Translations under genes and position numbers: made by a program
DNA from: a virus
Reading direction: 5' to 3' (one strand)
Length of the DNA stretch: 64,000 nt
IMG/VR virus record: IMGVR_UViG_3300032236_000815
Span: 1-64,000 of that record
Notes under the pieces: generated by a model
Databases searched by the model: none
The model's input: the letters and a program-made list of their open reading frames with translations, nothing else
What the model was told of the DNA's origin: nothing
Part shown: in pieces, positions 10,901 to 21,900 of the stretch
Layout: every line of letters starts with the position of its first letter
How positions within the stretch are numbered: the first letter of the stretch is position 1

Positions 10901-13900
10901 ACAGGTGGTGCATACGTTTCATTTGATCCGGGTACTGGCCCAAGCGACACTAGCACTTGGATTTATCGCAGAAGTCCATACATTCAAAACGTTACTACGT
11001 TTGGTCAAGGCTGTGTAGGTATGAAGATTGACGGTACATTACACAATGGCGGATTTAAATCAATGGTGTCTAACGATTTTACACAAATTGTTAGCGATGG
11101 TATCGGTATCTGGTGTTATGGTCCTGACTCTAAAACAGAAGCAGTTAGCGTGTTCTCTTATTATGCGTATGCTAGTTATTTTGCAGAAGCAGGCGGGCGT
11201 ATTCGTGCAACCAACGGTAACAGCTCATACGGTACATACGGTGTAATTGCTGAAGGATACGACACTACAGAATCTCCAGCATCCGGAGTAGTATTCAATC
11301 GTTCAAGTCAAGTTCAAGCTAACGTTCAAAGTAGTTTAGGTTTAAATGCTACATTACTAAAATTAGCTTATGCCAACGCAGGTAGTGCATACAATACAAC
11401 TACAACTAACATGTTGTATTATAGTAATAACCTAGTGAACCCAGTATGGTCACAAGATGGAACATTATCAATATTCCAAAATAGTATCGCACCAACTGGA
11501 AATGCAGAAGCATGGACACTAACTAGTACAACAGGAACAGCTGGACAAGGATACATTTATGAAAACGTTCCAATTCAACCAGCGGCTGCAATTTATAACG
11601 GGTTAACAGGTATTAACTTATCTGGCTCAGGTGTTAACGCAACCTTTAACATTACTGTAACAAGTACATCGTATGTAGTTACTGTGAACAACGGTGGTTC
11701 AGGTTATGTTGTTACTAACCAAATTTTAATCTTAGGATCTACACTTGGCGGCGTCAATGGAACAAACGATTTAACTATAACAGTTTCAAGCGTGGCAGGT
11801 AGTACAATTCTTACTGTAACACAAAGCGGTACAGTTCCAGCTGGCGCAAGTAAAACTTATTTTATCAGCACTTATATTAAACAAGGTAATGCACCGAGTG
11901 TTGATGTATACGCATTGTTTAGTGGTAGCATAGGTAACAGTGTAGGTAGTCATATGACATTTACATTCTCTACCGGGGTACTTACAGTTTCAAATACAAA
12001 CAATCCATCAGGATATGCTAGCGGTGTGATTCCACTAGCGTTTGGCGCTATTCCTCAGACAACAGCTGGCTGGTATAGAATTTGGATGAGTGTTTACGAT
12101 AGCACAGCCCAGAATAACATCTTACAGTACAGAATTTATCCAAGAGGATTTAACGGTAGTGCTGGTAATACTGTTGTTTACGGAAATCAAGTACAAACTG
12201 ATAACAATACACTAAGCTATTATCTAGAAACACAAGGAACACAATGGACTGCCTATGCTAACTATCAAGTTACTGGATCTGGAGTTGGCGCAGTAGTAGT
12301 AGGAGACGAAATCCGCGGTGGTGGCGTATTCCAATCGTTTGTTAATACTGGTGGCTCAGGTTATCTAACATCAAGTAATAATGCTCAAGGTGGTACAGTT
12401 AATTCAATCATCTTATCACAATCTGATACAAATGCCGCAAGTAATTATATTGGTATGCGTATTTTCCTTAATTCAGGTACTGGTGTAGGACAATACGGTT
12501 ATATTTCAACATACAATCCTACTACTAAAGTAGCTCAAGTGTTGCAAGAATCTTTTAACAACATAAACATTACTGCAACTAGTTCGAGCAATAATCAATT
12601 TACTCTAGCAGGCGGGTACGACACTACACAATTATATACTGGACAACTTGTACAATTTATTCCAACATATAATACTGCCGCTATTACGCAGACTAGTTAT
12701 GGTACAACTGGTATTACAGCAATTACTGGCGGAATTACAAACGTATTGAGTATTGCAAGTACAGCAATTTTACAACTTAATATGCCAATTACATTTAGTG
12801 GCGCAGGCTTGCCATCGGCTAACTTGACAACTAATTACACATATTATGTTGCTAGCATTGCTCCTAACGGAACAGATTTTAGTATTACTACAAGCATTTA
12901 CGGAGCTACATGGCCATTACAAACTCCTGCTAGTTATACTTCAGGCACAATTACAATGACATATCCAACTAATACTGGATACTTGTACGGTACAAATGCT
13001 ACAGCAAACATGTCAGTTAATCAGCCAGTAGTATTTTCTGGATCATTAATTGGCGGTGTAAGTTCTGCTACTACATACTACATTAATGATATTTTTGATT
13101 CTAATACATTTACAATTAGTAATACACTAGTGACATTAACATGTACTGCTACAAGTAGTGCAACAAACGGCATAACTGTTGGATCGACAGCAAGTTTATC
13201 AACATTTAACCCAATTTATTTTACTGGTAATACATTAGGCGGATTAATTTCTGGAACAAAATATTATGTTGCTAGAATTTTAAATAGCACTGCATTTACA
13301 GTCACTACTAACTTAGTAGTAACTACTGCTACAGCAAGCGCATTAACTAGTAACTTGATTACTGTTGCAAGCACATCTGGATTCATTGCAAACCAACCAA
13401 TTGTGTTTACAGGTCAGACTTTTGGTAATATTTCTGTTGAAACAACTTACTATATTCTAGCGATTAATAATGCTACTACATTTACAATTAGTACACAGCC
13501 TAATGGAAGTGCTGTTACATTGACTAACGGTAGTGGTAGTTTAATTGTAAGAACTAGTTCAGGAGATTCAATATTAAGCACAGGCGGCCCTGGCTCGTTT
13601 ACTGGAACAACTACAAGTGTAAAACGTTTAGTTACATTTGGTTCAGGTACCATGAATGCTACACTATCTACTAGTTTATTTGGCGGAGTAACAGCAGGTA
13701 CAAACTATTATATTGCAACTATTGGATCTAATTATTTTACAGTTAGTGCAAACGTTGGATTAAGTCCAGTACTTACATTAACATCTGCAACTGGTACTAT
13801 GAGTATTGGTAGTCCAGGTTGGGACCATGTAATACCTGGAACTCCGGTTCCAACATCATTAGATACAACAACTATCTACTTTATTGAACCAAGACCAGTA

Positions 13901-15898
13901 TTTGCTGATCCTCCGTTTACTCAAACTAGTGCAACATTAGTAGCACAAAGTATTGGTGTTAATTACATAGCAGTTGCATACGGAAATAATTATTGGATTG
14001 CGTTGCCAAGTGCTAATAGCACTGCGGCAGGTTCTAGTAACGGTTCAACATGGACAACTATTTCATTACCTATCAGCGGAACATGGACTGGCATTGCATA
14101 CGGTAATAGCTATTGGGTTGCAATTAGTTCAGGATCTAATCAAGCATTGTATTCTGCGGCAGCTGGAGCAGGTTGGAAGACAAGTACACTACCGCAAACC
14201 ACAGCATGGAGTCAAATTGCATACGGTTTTGGTATATTTGTAGCTATTGCAACAGGCACATCATTCTCAGCATATAGTACAAACTATGGCGCAACTTGGA
14301 GTGCAGGTACAGGCATGCCAAGCGGCACATGGTCTGGTTTAACATATGGTGCAGGCACGTTTGTGGCAATATCAAGTGCATCTGGAACTACTGCTTATAG
14401 TACAGATGGCAAAACATGGACACAAGGTTCTTTACCAAGTTCAACAACTTGGTCAAGTGTTACTTACGGTGCTGGAAGATTTGTAGCAGTTTCAAGCACA
14501 AGTAGTGTAACTGCATATAGTTTTAACGGTATCACATGGTATTCATCAAACTTACAAATTGCCGCAACTAGTGTGACATACGGTCAAGGAGCATTCTTAG
14601 CTGTAACATCAGGTGCAACAGGTGCGTATGTCAGCGATGACGGATTTACTTGGAAGTTAAAAACTGTTACAAACAATACTGTTGGTGCAGTGGCATTTGG
14701 TTATACAGCTAGTTCATACAACGGAGTATTTGTAACAGTTGGCGGACAAAGTACAGGAAGTAATATTTCAGCAGGTATTAGACCAAAAGGTCGTCCAGCG
14801 ATTGTAAGTAATACAATTCAGACAATTAGCGAATGGGAGCCAGGATCTGGTTATACTAGTGCTCCATCACTACAATTTATTGATCCTAATGCTACAAGTA
14901 TTGCAAGTGTAACACCTAGATTCAGTAACGGTGTTTTAGGAAATCCGACAATTGTTGTACGTGGTATTGGTTATAGTGTTAACTCAACTTATATTGCTAT
15001 CAGTGGTAACGGTTATGCTAATTCATACCAAACTGGTTATACTTTAATTGTTAACGGATTAACATCCTTACCTAGCCCAGGTGCAAACTTAACGATTGCA
15101 GGCAATCCAAACGTATATAAGATTTCAAGTGCAACTGCAATTTTTGGAACAACTGCTCCAAACATTGAAGCAAACTTGCAGATAAATCCTAATATTACTA
15201 CAACCTACAGTCCAGCAGACGGAACTGTAATTAGTATTAGAAGTAAGTATAGTCAAGCACGTTTAACAAATCACGATTTCTTAAATATTGGCTACGGAAA
15301 TTTTGTTAACTCAAATTATCCAAATACACCACTTCAGGTAACTAACGCTATTGCGTCTAATCAAACTGTAGAAAACAACTTCGGTCGTGTGTTCTACACC
15401 AGTACTGACCAGGACGGTAACTTTAAAGTTGGTAGTTTGTTTGGTGTTCAACAGTCAACAGGTATTGTAACACTGAGCGCCGCAAACTTTGGATTAAATG
15501 GATTAAGCTCATTGAGTTTAGGCGGTATTGCAGTTGGTGGATCAAGTACTATTATTACACAATTTAGTACAGACGGTACTTTTGCGGCCAACAGCGATAG
15601 CGTAATTCCAACACAAAAGGCAGTTAAAACTTATTTGGCAAGTCGTTTAAGTCAAGGTGGTAGTAATACATTTACCAACCAGTTGGTTGCAGGTGTTGTA
15701 AGTTTTGGTAATCCAAACATAATCGGCGACCAAATTCCAAAAGGTTTACCATATTCAGCATTACAAGTTAATCGAAGAATGAAAATTCTTAGCGTAGACG
15801 GTAATTTAACCGCCCTAAATTACTTTATGTCGCACTCTTGGAACGTGGCAAACCAGGCACAGATACTTGGGCAGACTTTCACCCAGAATCAATCATAA
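7943..15898 (+). CDS. Giant fibre/spike protein (2651 aa): N-terminal W-x-G-x-W carbohydrate-binding-like repeats, beta-helix-like core, beta-propeller repeats
   Basis: Repeats WxGxW...YxxGDIVxYGG.xYxC; RSPYIQN...[13 protein letters not shown] core; AYGNG.FVA...S.DG.TW blades; C-terminal HDFL.IG.G...[16 protein letters not shown]. Confidence 0.85.
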   Translation: MAEFKLARLRFTWNGTWLPGTVYNRDAIVQYNGKSYVCLVPNTSSTVFETDLNAPIPIWSLLIDGKQWNGAWVTGTAYGVGDIVTYGGAVYICSTKNVSTTFTADQANWTILVQNDKWEGAWTNNTAYGIGDIVSYGGIVYRCLVDHTSLNQLDANPSYWAVYDNGLNYKGNFTSATNYKLNDIVKVNAELFICTTAHTSAGGFNPANWTLWMPGEDWKGSWDTAVMYQIGDIVSYGGYDYVAVTANNIANNPAASVGVNWNTIATGYSFQAEWQSSTTYRVGAVVTRHGQVFDATADNTNQDPTGGLAVAATYNPTGSSGTTLNVTGVYLIQIVPGMTVTGPGFTSGQTVISNTGTAYAATIVLSAPPEGTPSSMSFVGINQGFWKLVTPGVFWKGFWAQNINYVFGDLSVWQNATYRCIQGHTSIPALRPDLDTNNQYWVVYLYHARRNAGQTTGDLTTNSNGSNIALPIGPSTYSLRATNNLPGWRYITPLANVYYVDTAIGQDISTCGTTYDQPWKTIAYACQVLLAGTQNKNAESFLIANKSFIIAEMYQWMLYQVAQQISPFTSSSVFDATKTQRDAGFVLDAIIYDLARGGNSQTVAATLAYFNTAGTYYNSAVTTEISYFTASLTYLGTLVQNVLNNTAPAVSYQLVNNVAAGNRISQVINNSTAVSETGSTTPATGSTINVGNYANIAWTLNGIQNQQLNLVRGATYYFYLSLAGQTFNIQTTSGGYVSANQWTQGVTGNGSTTGTVTFTVPFSAPNRLYIQDSSQPTLFTQLNIYDSSATITNQPSAVSAASTLVSILTTALSTQTTAAVPAPNTGISATIFVKTGTYNESLPIVVPANVAIYGDELRGVVVQPKVIVNTYTTQNTSTKFIVTTTASMYDQCPVQFAGTVFGGITIGQTYYVVGSSITPTTFSISATPGGSVIGLSTGSLGAMYVYGGDALKNMFLMRNGTGLRNLTLNGLLGTLSAVNAYQTARPTGGAYVSFDPGTGPSDTSTWIYRRSPYIQNVTTFGQGCVGMKIDGTLHNGGFKSMVSNDFTQIVSDGIGIWCYGPDSKTEAVSVFSYYAYASYFAEAGGRIRATNGNSSYGTYGVIAEGYDTTESPASGVVFNRSSQVQANVQSSLGLNATLLKLAYANAGSAYNTTTTNMLYYSNNLVNPVWSQDGTLSIFQNSIAPTGNAEAWTLTSTTGTAGQGYIYENVPIQPAAAIYNGLTGINLSGSGVNATFNITVTSTSYVVTVNNGGSGYVVTNQILILGSTLGGVNGTNDLTITVSSVAGSTILTVTQSGTVPAGASKTYFISTYIKQGNAPSVDVYALFSGSIGNSVGSHMTFTFSTGVLTVSNTNNPSGYASGVIPLAFGAIPQTTAGWYRIWMSVYDSTAQNNILQYRIYPRGFNGSAGNTVVYGNQVQTDNNTLSYYLETQGTQWTAYANYQVTGSGVGAVVVGDEIRGGGVFQSFVNTGGSGYLTSSNNAQGGTVNSIILSQSDTNAASNYIGMRIFLNSGTGVGQYGYISTYNPTTKVAQVLQESFNNINITATSSSNNQFTLAGGYDTTQLYTGQLVQFIPTYNTAAITQTSYGTTGITAITGGITNVLSIASTAILQLNMPITFSGAGLPSANLTTNYTYYVASIAPNGTDFSITTSIYGATWPLQTPASYTSGTITMTYPTNTGYLYGTNATANMSVNQPVVFSGSLIGGVSSATTYYINDIFDSNTFTISNTLVTLTCTATSSATNGITVGSTASLSTFNPIYFTGNTLGGLISGTKYYVARILNSTAFTVTTNLVVTTATASALTSNLITVASTSGFIANQPIVFTGQTFGNISVETTYYILAINNATTFTISTQPNGSAVTLTNGSGSLIVRTSSGDSILSTGGPGSFTGTTTSVKRLVTFGSGTMNATLSTSLFGGVTAGTNYYIATIGSNYFTVSANVGLSPVLTLTSATGTMSIGSPGWDHVIPGTPVPTSLDTTTIYFIEPRPVFADPPFTQTSATLVAQSIGVNYIAVAYGNNYWIALPSANSTAAGSSNGSTWTTISLPISGTWTGIAYGNSYWVAISSGSNQALYSAAAGAGWKTSTLPQTTAWSQIAYGFGIFVAIATGTSFSAYSTNYGATWSAGTGMPSGTWSGLTYGAGTFVAISSASGTTAYSTDGKTWTQGSLPSSTTWSSVTYGAGRFVAVSSTSSVTAYSFNGITWYSSNLQIAATSVTYGQGAFLAVTSGATGAYVSDDGFTWKLKTVTNNTVGAVAFGYTASSYNGVFVTVGGQSTGSNISAGIRPKGRPAIVSNTIQTISEWEPGSGYTSAPSLQFIDPNATSIASVTPRFSNGVLGNPTIVVRGIGYSVNSTYIAISGNGYANSYQTGYTLIVNGLTSLPSPGANLTIAGNPNVYKISSATAIFGTTAPNIEANLQINPNITTTYSPADGTVISIRSKYSQARLTNHDFLNIGYGNFVNSNYPNTPLQVTNAIASNQTVENNFGRVFYTSTDQDGNFKVGSLFGVQQSTGIVTLSAANFGLNGLSSLSLGGIAVGGSSTIITQFSTDGTFAANSDSVIPTQKAVKTYLASRLSQGGSNTFTNQLVAGVVSFGNPNIIGDQIPKGLPYSALQVNRRMKILSVDGNLTALNYFMSHSWNVANQAQILGQTFTQNQS

Positions 15899-15900
15899 GA

Positions 15901-15906
15901 TAAATA
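15901..15906 (+). promoter_or_regulatory. Late promoter core TAAATA
   Basis: GATAAATA followed by GAGG RBS and ATG 15926. Confidence 0.6.
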
Positions 15907-15925
15907 TTATCAGAGGATATAAAAA

Positions 15926-18900
15926 ATGGCAGAATATTTACTAGGTAGAATTAAATTTGTATGGCAAGGTGCATGGACTAACGGTACTGGTTACCTAGTC
16001 GATGACGTAGTTAGCTATAACGGAAAAACATATATTTGCGTTGTAGCACATACGGCTTCAACTTTGTTTGATACAGATTTCCTAAACGTAGTTCCAAAAT
16101 GGAACTTAATGTCCGATGGTATTACATGGGGCGGGTCTTGGGCAAATGCTACATATTACGATCAAGGGAGTTTGATCAAATACGGCGGTGTTGTATATGT
16201 TTGTACAACAGGTCATACTAGTGCGGCAAGTACCGCATCATTAGCTACCACTTCTGCTAGCTCAACTGGCGGAACAGCAACCTTAACATTTGCCAGTCAA
16301 GTAGTTCAGCCATTCTTAGTAGGTGCAACTATTACAGTTTCTGGAGTATCTCCAAATAACTTTAATGGAACATTTACTGTAACTTCATGCTCTACAACTC
16401 AAGTACAATATGCACTTGTTGGAACATACGGTCCACAATCACAAGCAGGTACAGTTGCAGGTACAAGTCAATTAGGTTTAGAATTAAACCAAAGCAGTTG
16501 GAATGCATTTGCTACAGCATTCAACTGGGCAGGTCCTTGGGCCGCGAATACTCGTTATAAGACAAGCGACTTAGTTAGCTACGGCGGGTACACATACATC
16601 TGTACAACAGGACATGTTAGTGCATCAACTGCTACACTAGGTTTAGAAGCTAACTCTGGTAACTGGCAAGTATTCAATGCCGGTATTTCATATATCGGTT
16701 CATGGAACACTGGCGGCGGTGTACGTTACAAATTAAATGACGTTGTAAAATACGGCGCTGACTTATGGATTTGTACAACTGCACACACATCTACTACAAC
16801 ATTCGATACTGCTAAATTTGCAATATTTATAAACGGATTTGAATTCGTAAACAGCTGGTCAAGCAGTGCAGTTTACGAAATTGGTGATACAGTAACTTAC
16901 GGTGGTTATACATACGTAGCTATTCAAAACGGAACAAATCAAGTTCCAAGTACAGCCAGTACATACTGGCAACCATTCACTACTGGCTTCAGTTTCCAAG
17001 GAGATTGGTTAGTAGGAACTAGCTATCAAATTGGTAGTGTTGTTCGTTTAAATGGTTACACATATCTTGCTAAGGCTGACAACGTAGGACAACAACCTCC
17101 TAACAGCACTTACTGGTATCAATTAAACAGTGGTTTAAAATGGAGCAACGTACAACAGACTTATACTAACGTTGGTGGTACTAACGTAATTGGTACAGGT
17201 TCTGGTGCAACATTTAACATTGTTAGAAATTCTACAACATATTCTGTAACAGTAAATGCCGCAGGTACTGGCTATGCTGTTAACAACACAATTAAAGTTT
17301 TAGGTACAGCATTAGGCGGCCTAAGCCCAGTTAACGACTTAGTAATCACCGTAGCATCATTAACTTCCACGCCAACAACTAGCGGTGTTGCAACTATCAC
17401 TACAAGTGGTATTGCTGTAAGCTGGACTAGTGGTACAGGTTATGTACTAGGTGACGTTGTACTGTACGGTGCAAACAGTTATATTTGCGTATTAGCTCAC
17501 ACAGCTGGAAGTGGAAATACACCAGTTGCAGACACAACTGGTACTTACTGGAACTTGTTATCGGCTGGTGCAGAATCTGCACAGTTAAGTGTAACAGGTG
17601 ACATGTTCTATTATAGTGCTACAGGTCCTGCACGTTTACCAATTGGTAAAGAAGGACAAGTATTACGTGTACAAAACGGATTGCCAGCATGGCAATATTT
17701 TGGCCTAATCAACAACGTAGTTTATGTGTCTAATACACAAGGTACAGACCGTCCAGATTTTGGTATCACTCCTGAAAATCCATGGGCAAGTGTTCGTTAT
17801 GCATGTCAACAAATTGAAGCAGGTTACTTAAACACTAACGCTGGCACATTGTTAACATTGAACAAACAGTTCATGATGAAAGAAGTTAACAATTATATTA
17901 AAGTTCAATATAGTGTTAACGTAACAGGTACATCAGGTACAACAATTACTGTTGGCGGGTCAAGTACTACTTCACAAGTAACTACTGCTAACTTAACTGC
18001 TGGCATGCCAATTATATTTGCCAACAGCTCAGGTAATATTGTTGCAGGTACAACTTACTATGTTGCTCAAGTAATTTCTGCAACAACATTTAACATTGCA
18101 ACAAGTGCCGCAAATGCATTAGTTCCAACATTGTATACTGTTGGTACTGGTACAGCAAATACAGGTACATACGTTTACGATCCAGCTAAAGCAGAAAGAG
18201 ATTCTGGTTTAGTAATTGAAGGCGCAATTTTTGACTTAACACACAGCGGTAATTTAAAAACAATTACTAATGCTAAATCATTCTTTACAGCAACTGGTAA
18301 TAATTTAATCAGCGGTGTTAACAGTTATGATATTGCACCGTTTGTTAGTTCTTTAAGCTATCTAAATGGAACATTAATTCCTAATGTATTAGCTAATACT
18401 GCTCCATCTACTAATTATCAATTGGTATTGAATCCAACTATTGCAACAACTGGTACAAGTGCTACTGGTGGTGTTGCTACTATCACTTATACTGGTGCGG
18501 CATTTACTGTTGGTAGTTTTATTACAGTTTCAGGCGTAACACCTACAGCATATAACGGAACTTGGCAAGTTACTGCAAGTAGTTCTGGTAGTGTAAGTTT
18601 CCTAAGTTCAGCTACTGGTAGTCAAACTGTTGCTGGTACTGTACAAACACAAAAAGCTATACAGCAGATTAATGCTAGTTACCCAGCTGAGTCTGGAGCC
18701 GCAACTACTGTACAAAGTTTAGTAACAGTTGTTACTAGTGCATTGTCAGCAGGAACAACAGCAGGATTACCAAACCTTGCTACACCAAACACAACAATCA
18801 GTATCAAGACTGGAACATATAACGAAGTATTACCTATCAACGTTCCAGCTTATACTGCTCTAGTAGGTGATGAACTACGTAGTACAGTGGTACAACCGTT

Positions 18901-21900
18901 CCAAGCTGATCCGCAGTTGGCAACCGTTGTTCCAAAAGCTCAAGTAGCATTGAATCGTATTAAAACTTTAGTTCCAAACTTGATGAGTAATACTGCAATT
19001 ACTCCGTCAAGCGGCAATACTGTTGCACAAGTTACATCGTTACCAGCGGCAAGCATAGGTAGTACAACTGCCGTGAGCAATGTACAAAGCAGTATTTCTA
19101 TTCTTTATAACTTAGTTGCAAGTGGACTTACAAACGAGCCGGCTATCATAATGCCAACTCCAACTGGATTTAATACATCTACGTTGACTAATACTGCTTA
19201 TGCTAGTACAACTGGTAGCAATTCAACAGGCGATACAACTGGTTTTGGATACGCTATTACACAAATTCGTCAAAACTATCAGTACTTGATATCAGATACA
19301 TTACAATATTTGATTAACAATCCAGGTACTTCTGGTTATACTGGCCAATCTACACAAATAGGTTTAGGTTATCGTGATATTCAATATATTTTAGATAGTA
19401 TTATCTATGATATGACTTATGGTGGAAACACACAAAGTTTAATAGCAGGTTCTGCATATTATTCATTGAATACACTACAGATTACACAACCACAATTAAC
19501 ACCATATGTTAATGCGTTGACAAATCGTTTGAAATTATTAATTAGTAACGTTATTACTAAAACTACAGCTGGTTCACTATCAGGTAACAACATTGTACAA
19601 GTTACAACAGGTACTGCTGGTAGTGCAGGCGCCGCAGGCTTTGCACAAGACCGTGTACAAAACGTTATTAACTGGATTAGCAACGGCGCTGCCGATGCAA
19701 CTATTAGTCCGTACTACGGTTGGGTAAGCCAGTCTTTACAAACTGCTTTTAATAATGTTATTGCAACTAAAGCAGAAATTGCCAGCGATGCAACTGTATG
19801 GGTAAACAAATTCTATCAATCCGTTTCATTTGCTAATAGTAGTTTAATCAACAGAGATGCAGGTTTAATTACCAACGCAGTTGCCTACGATATGATGTTT
19901 GGTAGCAACTTTAATGCTATTCAAGCAGGCCGTGCATTCAACAGAGCAAACACTAGTGCTACAACTTTACGTACTACAACAGAGCTTGCTCCAAGCCTTG
20001 GCGCAATTAATTTCTTATCTTATAAGATTAAAAATATTGCCGCAAGTGGTGCAAGTGCTCAAATACAAACAACTATTGATGATTTAAATGCTTACCTACA
20101 ATGCGGTACCGCAAACACAGGAACAACATTTACAACTCCTCCGCAACAAATTACTTGGCCACAACCAGCATTGCCAATTGCAACTTACACAAACGTAAGC
20201 GGTCTTACACTAACTGGTTCTGGTGGTTCAGCAACATTTACCATCACACGTAATACAAACGGAAATGGATATTACACTTATACTGTCCAACCAACTGGCG
20301 GCAGCGTAGGTACTGGTTGGGCGGTTGGAAACACTATCAGAATTTACGGTGACACAATTGGCGGACAACGTTCTACTAACGATTTTGTTATCAACATTAC
20401 TCAAGTAAGTGGTGGCGCAATCACAGCCGTAACATATTCTGATGCTCCAGCTACAATTGGATTATTAGAATCTAACCGTGCATTCTTATTAGCTGAAGTT
20501 ATTGCTTATATCAATGCAAACTACTCAAGCATTACAACCAACCCTAACTACACAGTTGCTAAGACACAACGTGATGCTGGATTTGTACTTGATGCTATCC
20601 ACTATGACATGCAATACGGTGGTAACTGGGCAAGTCAAAATGCTGGTATGGCATATTACTCAGCATTGTATGGCACACAAATTGCTTCAGGATTGACTAC
20701 AGCATTTTCTGCCGCACTTGGTTATGTAAGTACACTTGCTCAACAAGTTGTAGTAGGTACTACTGTTGCAACACCATTGCAAGCAACTGTTACACAAGTA
20801 TTACCAACAGCTACTTCATATGTTGGCAGTGCTCGCGATGCAGGCCGTATTGGTACATTGATGACACTAGTTACAAACTTTGTAACTAACGGTTTAACAA
20901 GCGGCGCACCAACAGCAACCATTACAACTATTGCTAGTGGTACAACATTTACAACCGGTTCTGCACATGGTTTACTTGTAGGTGATATTGTTATTCCACA
21001 AACAAGTTCAAACGGTTTAGTATCGACAATTATCGGTTCTGGTACACCGTACTATGTTGTTAGCGTTCCAAGCACAACTCAATTTACATTAAGTTTAAGC
21101 TACAACGGCGCCGCAATAACATCATTTACAAACGGTACTGGATTATCAATCGCTGTACAAACTATCAGTATGCCATATCTAAGCTGGGCAAGTTCTGCCG
21201 CGTTAAGTGCATACGCAACAGTTAGTGCAAGTATACCAACATATCAAACTGGTGCTACTGCATCATTTACTGCTAACCTTGCTGGTACAACAACTATCAA
21301 CGTTACAGCAGTTGCATCAGGTACAATCGCACTAGGTATGGTAATCAGCGGTGCTGGTATCGTAGGCGGTTCAACTATTACAGGTTATGGAACAGGTTCA
21401 GGCGGCACTGGTACTTACACTATCAGCAATGCAAACACAACTGGTACAGTGACTGGCGTGACTATAACAGCAGTTTCTTCTGGTGTAATTGCATACTTGA
21501 ATACAAATTATCCAGCATTGACATATAATCAAACTTATGCAAACCGTGATACATTTAACGTAACGCTAGCCGCAATGTTAGATATGGTAACTGGTAGCAC
21601 ATTTGCTAGTATCCAAGCAGGTCGTGCATACAACAGAACACAAGATTATCAAGTTCAAGGTTACGAAAAGACAGCAACTATTGCTTCTCTAAATTACTTA
21701 CAAACATTAATTGCAAGTACTTTGAGTAGTGCAACATATAGTTCACAACTATCTTCAGCAACTAACAACATCTATCTAATTATTGCCATGTTGACAAACG
21801 GACAATATGTTCGTCCAGAAGTTACTGGTACAGTAACATACAACAATACTTTAGGTATTATTAACGGTGCAGAAATATTACGTGCTAATATTCCATTCTT

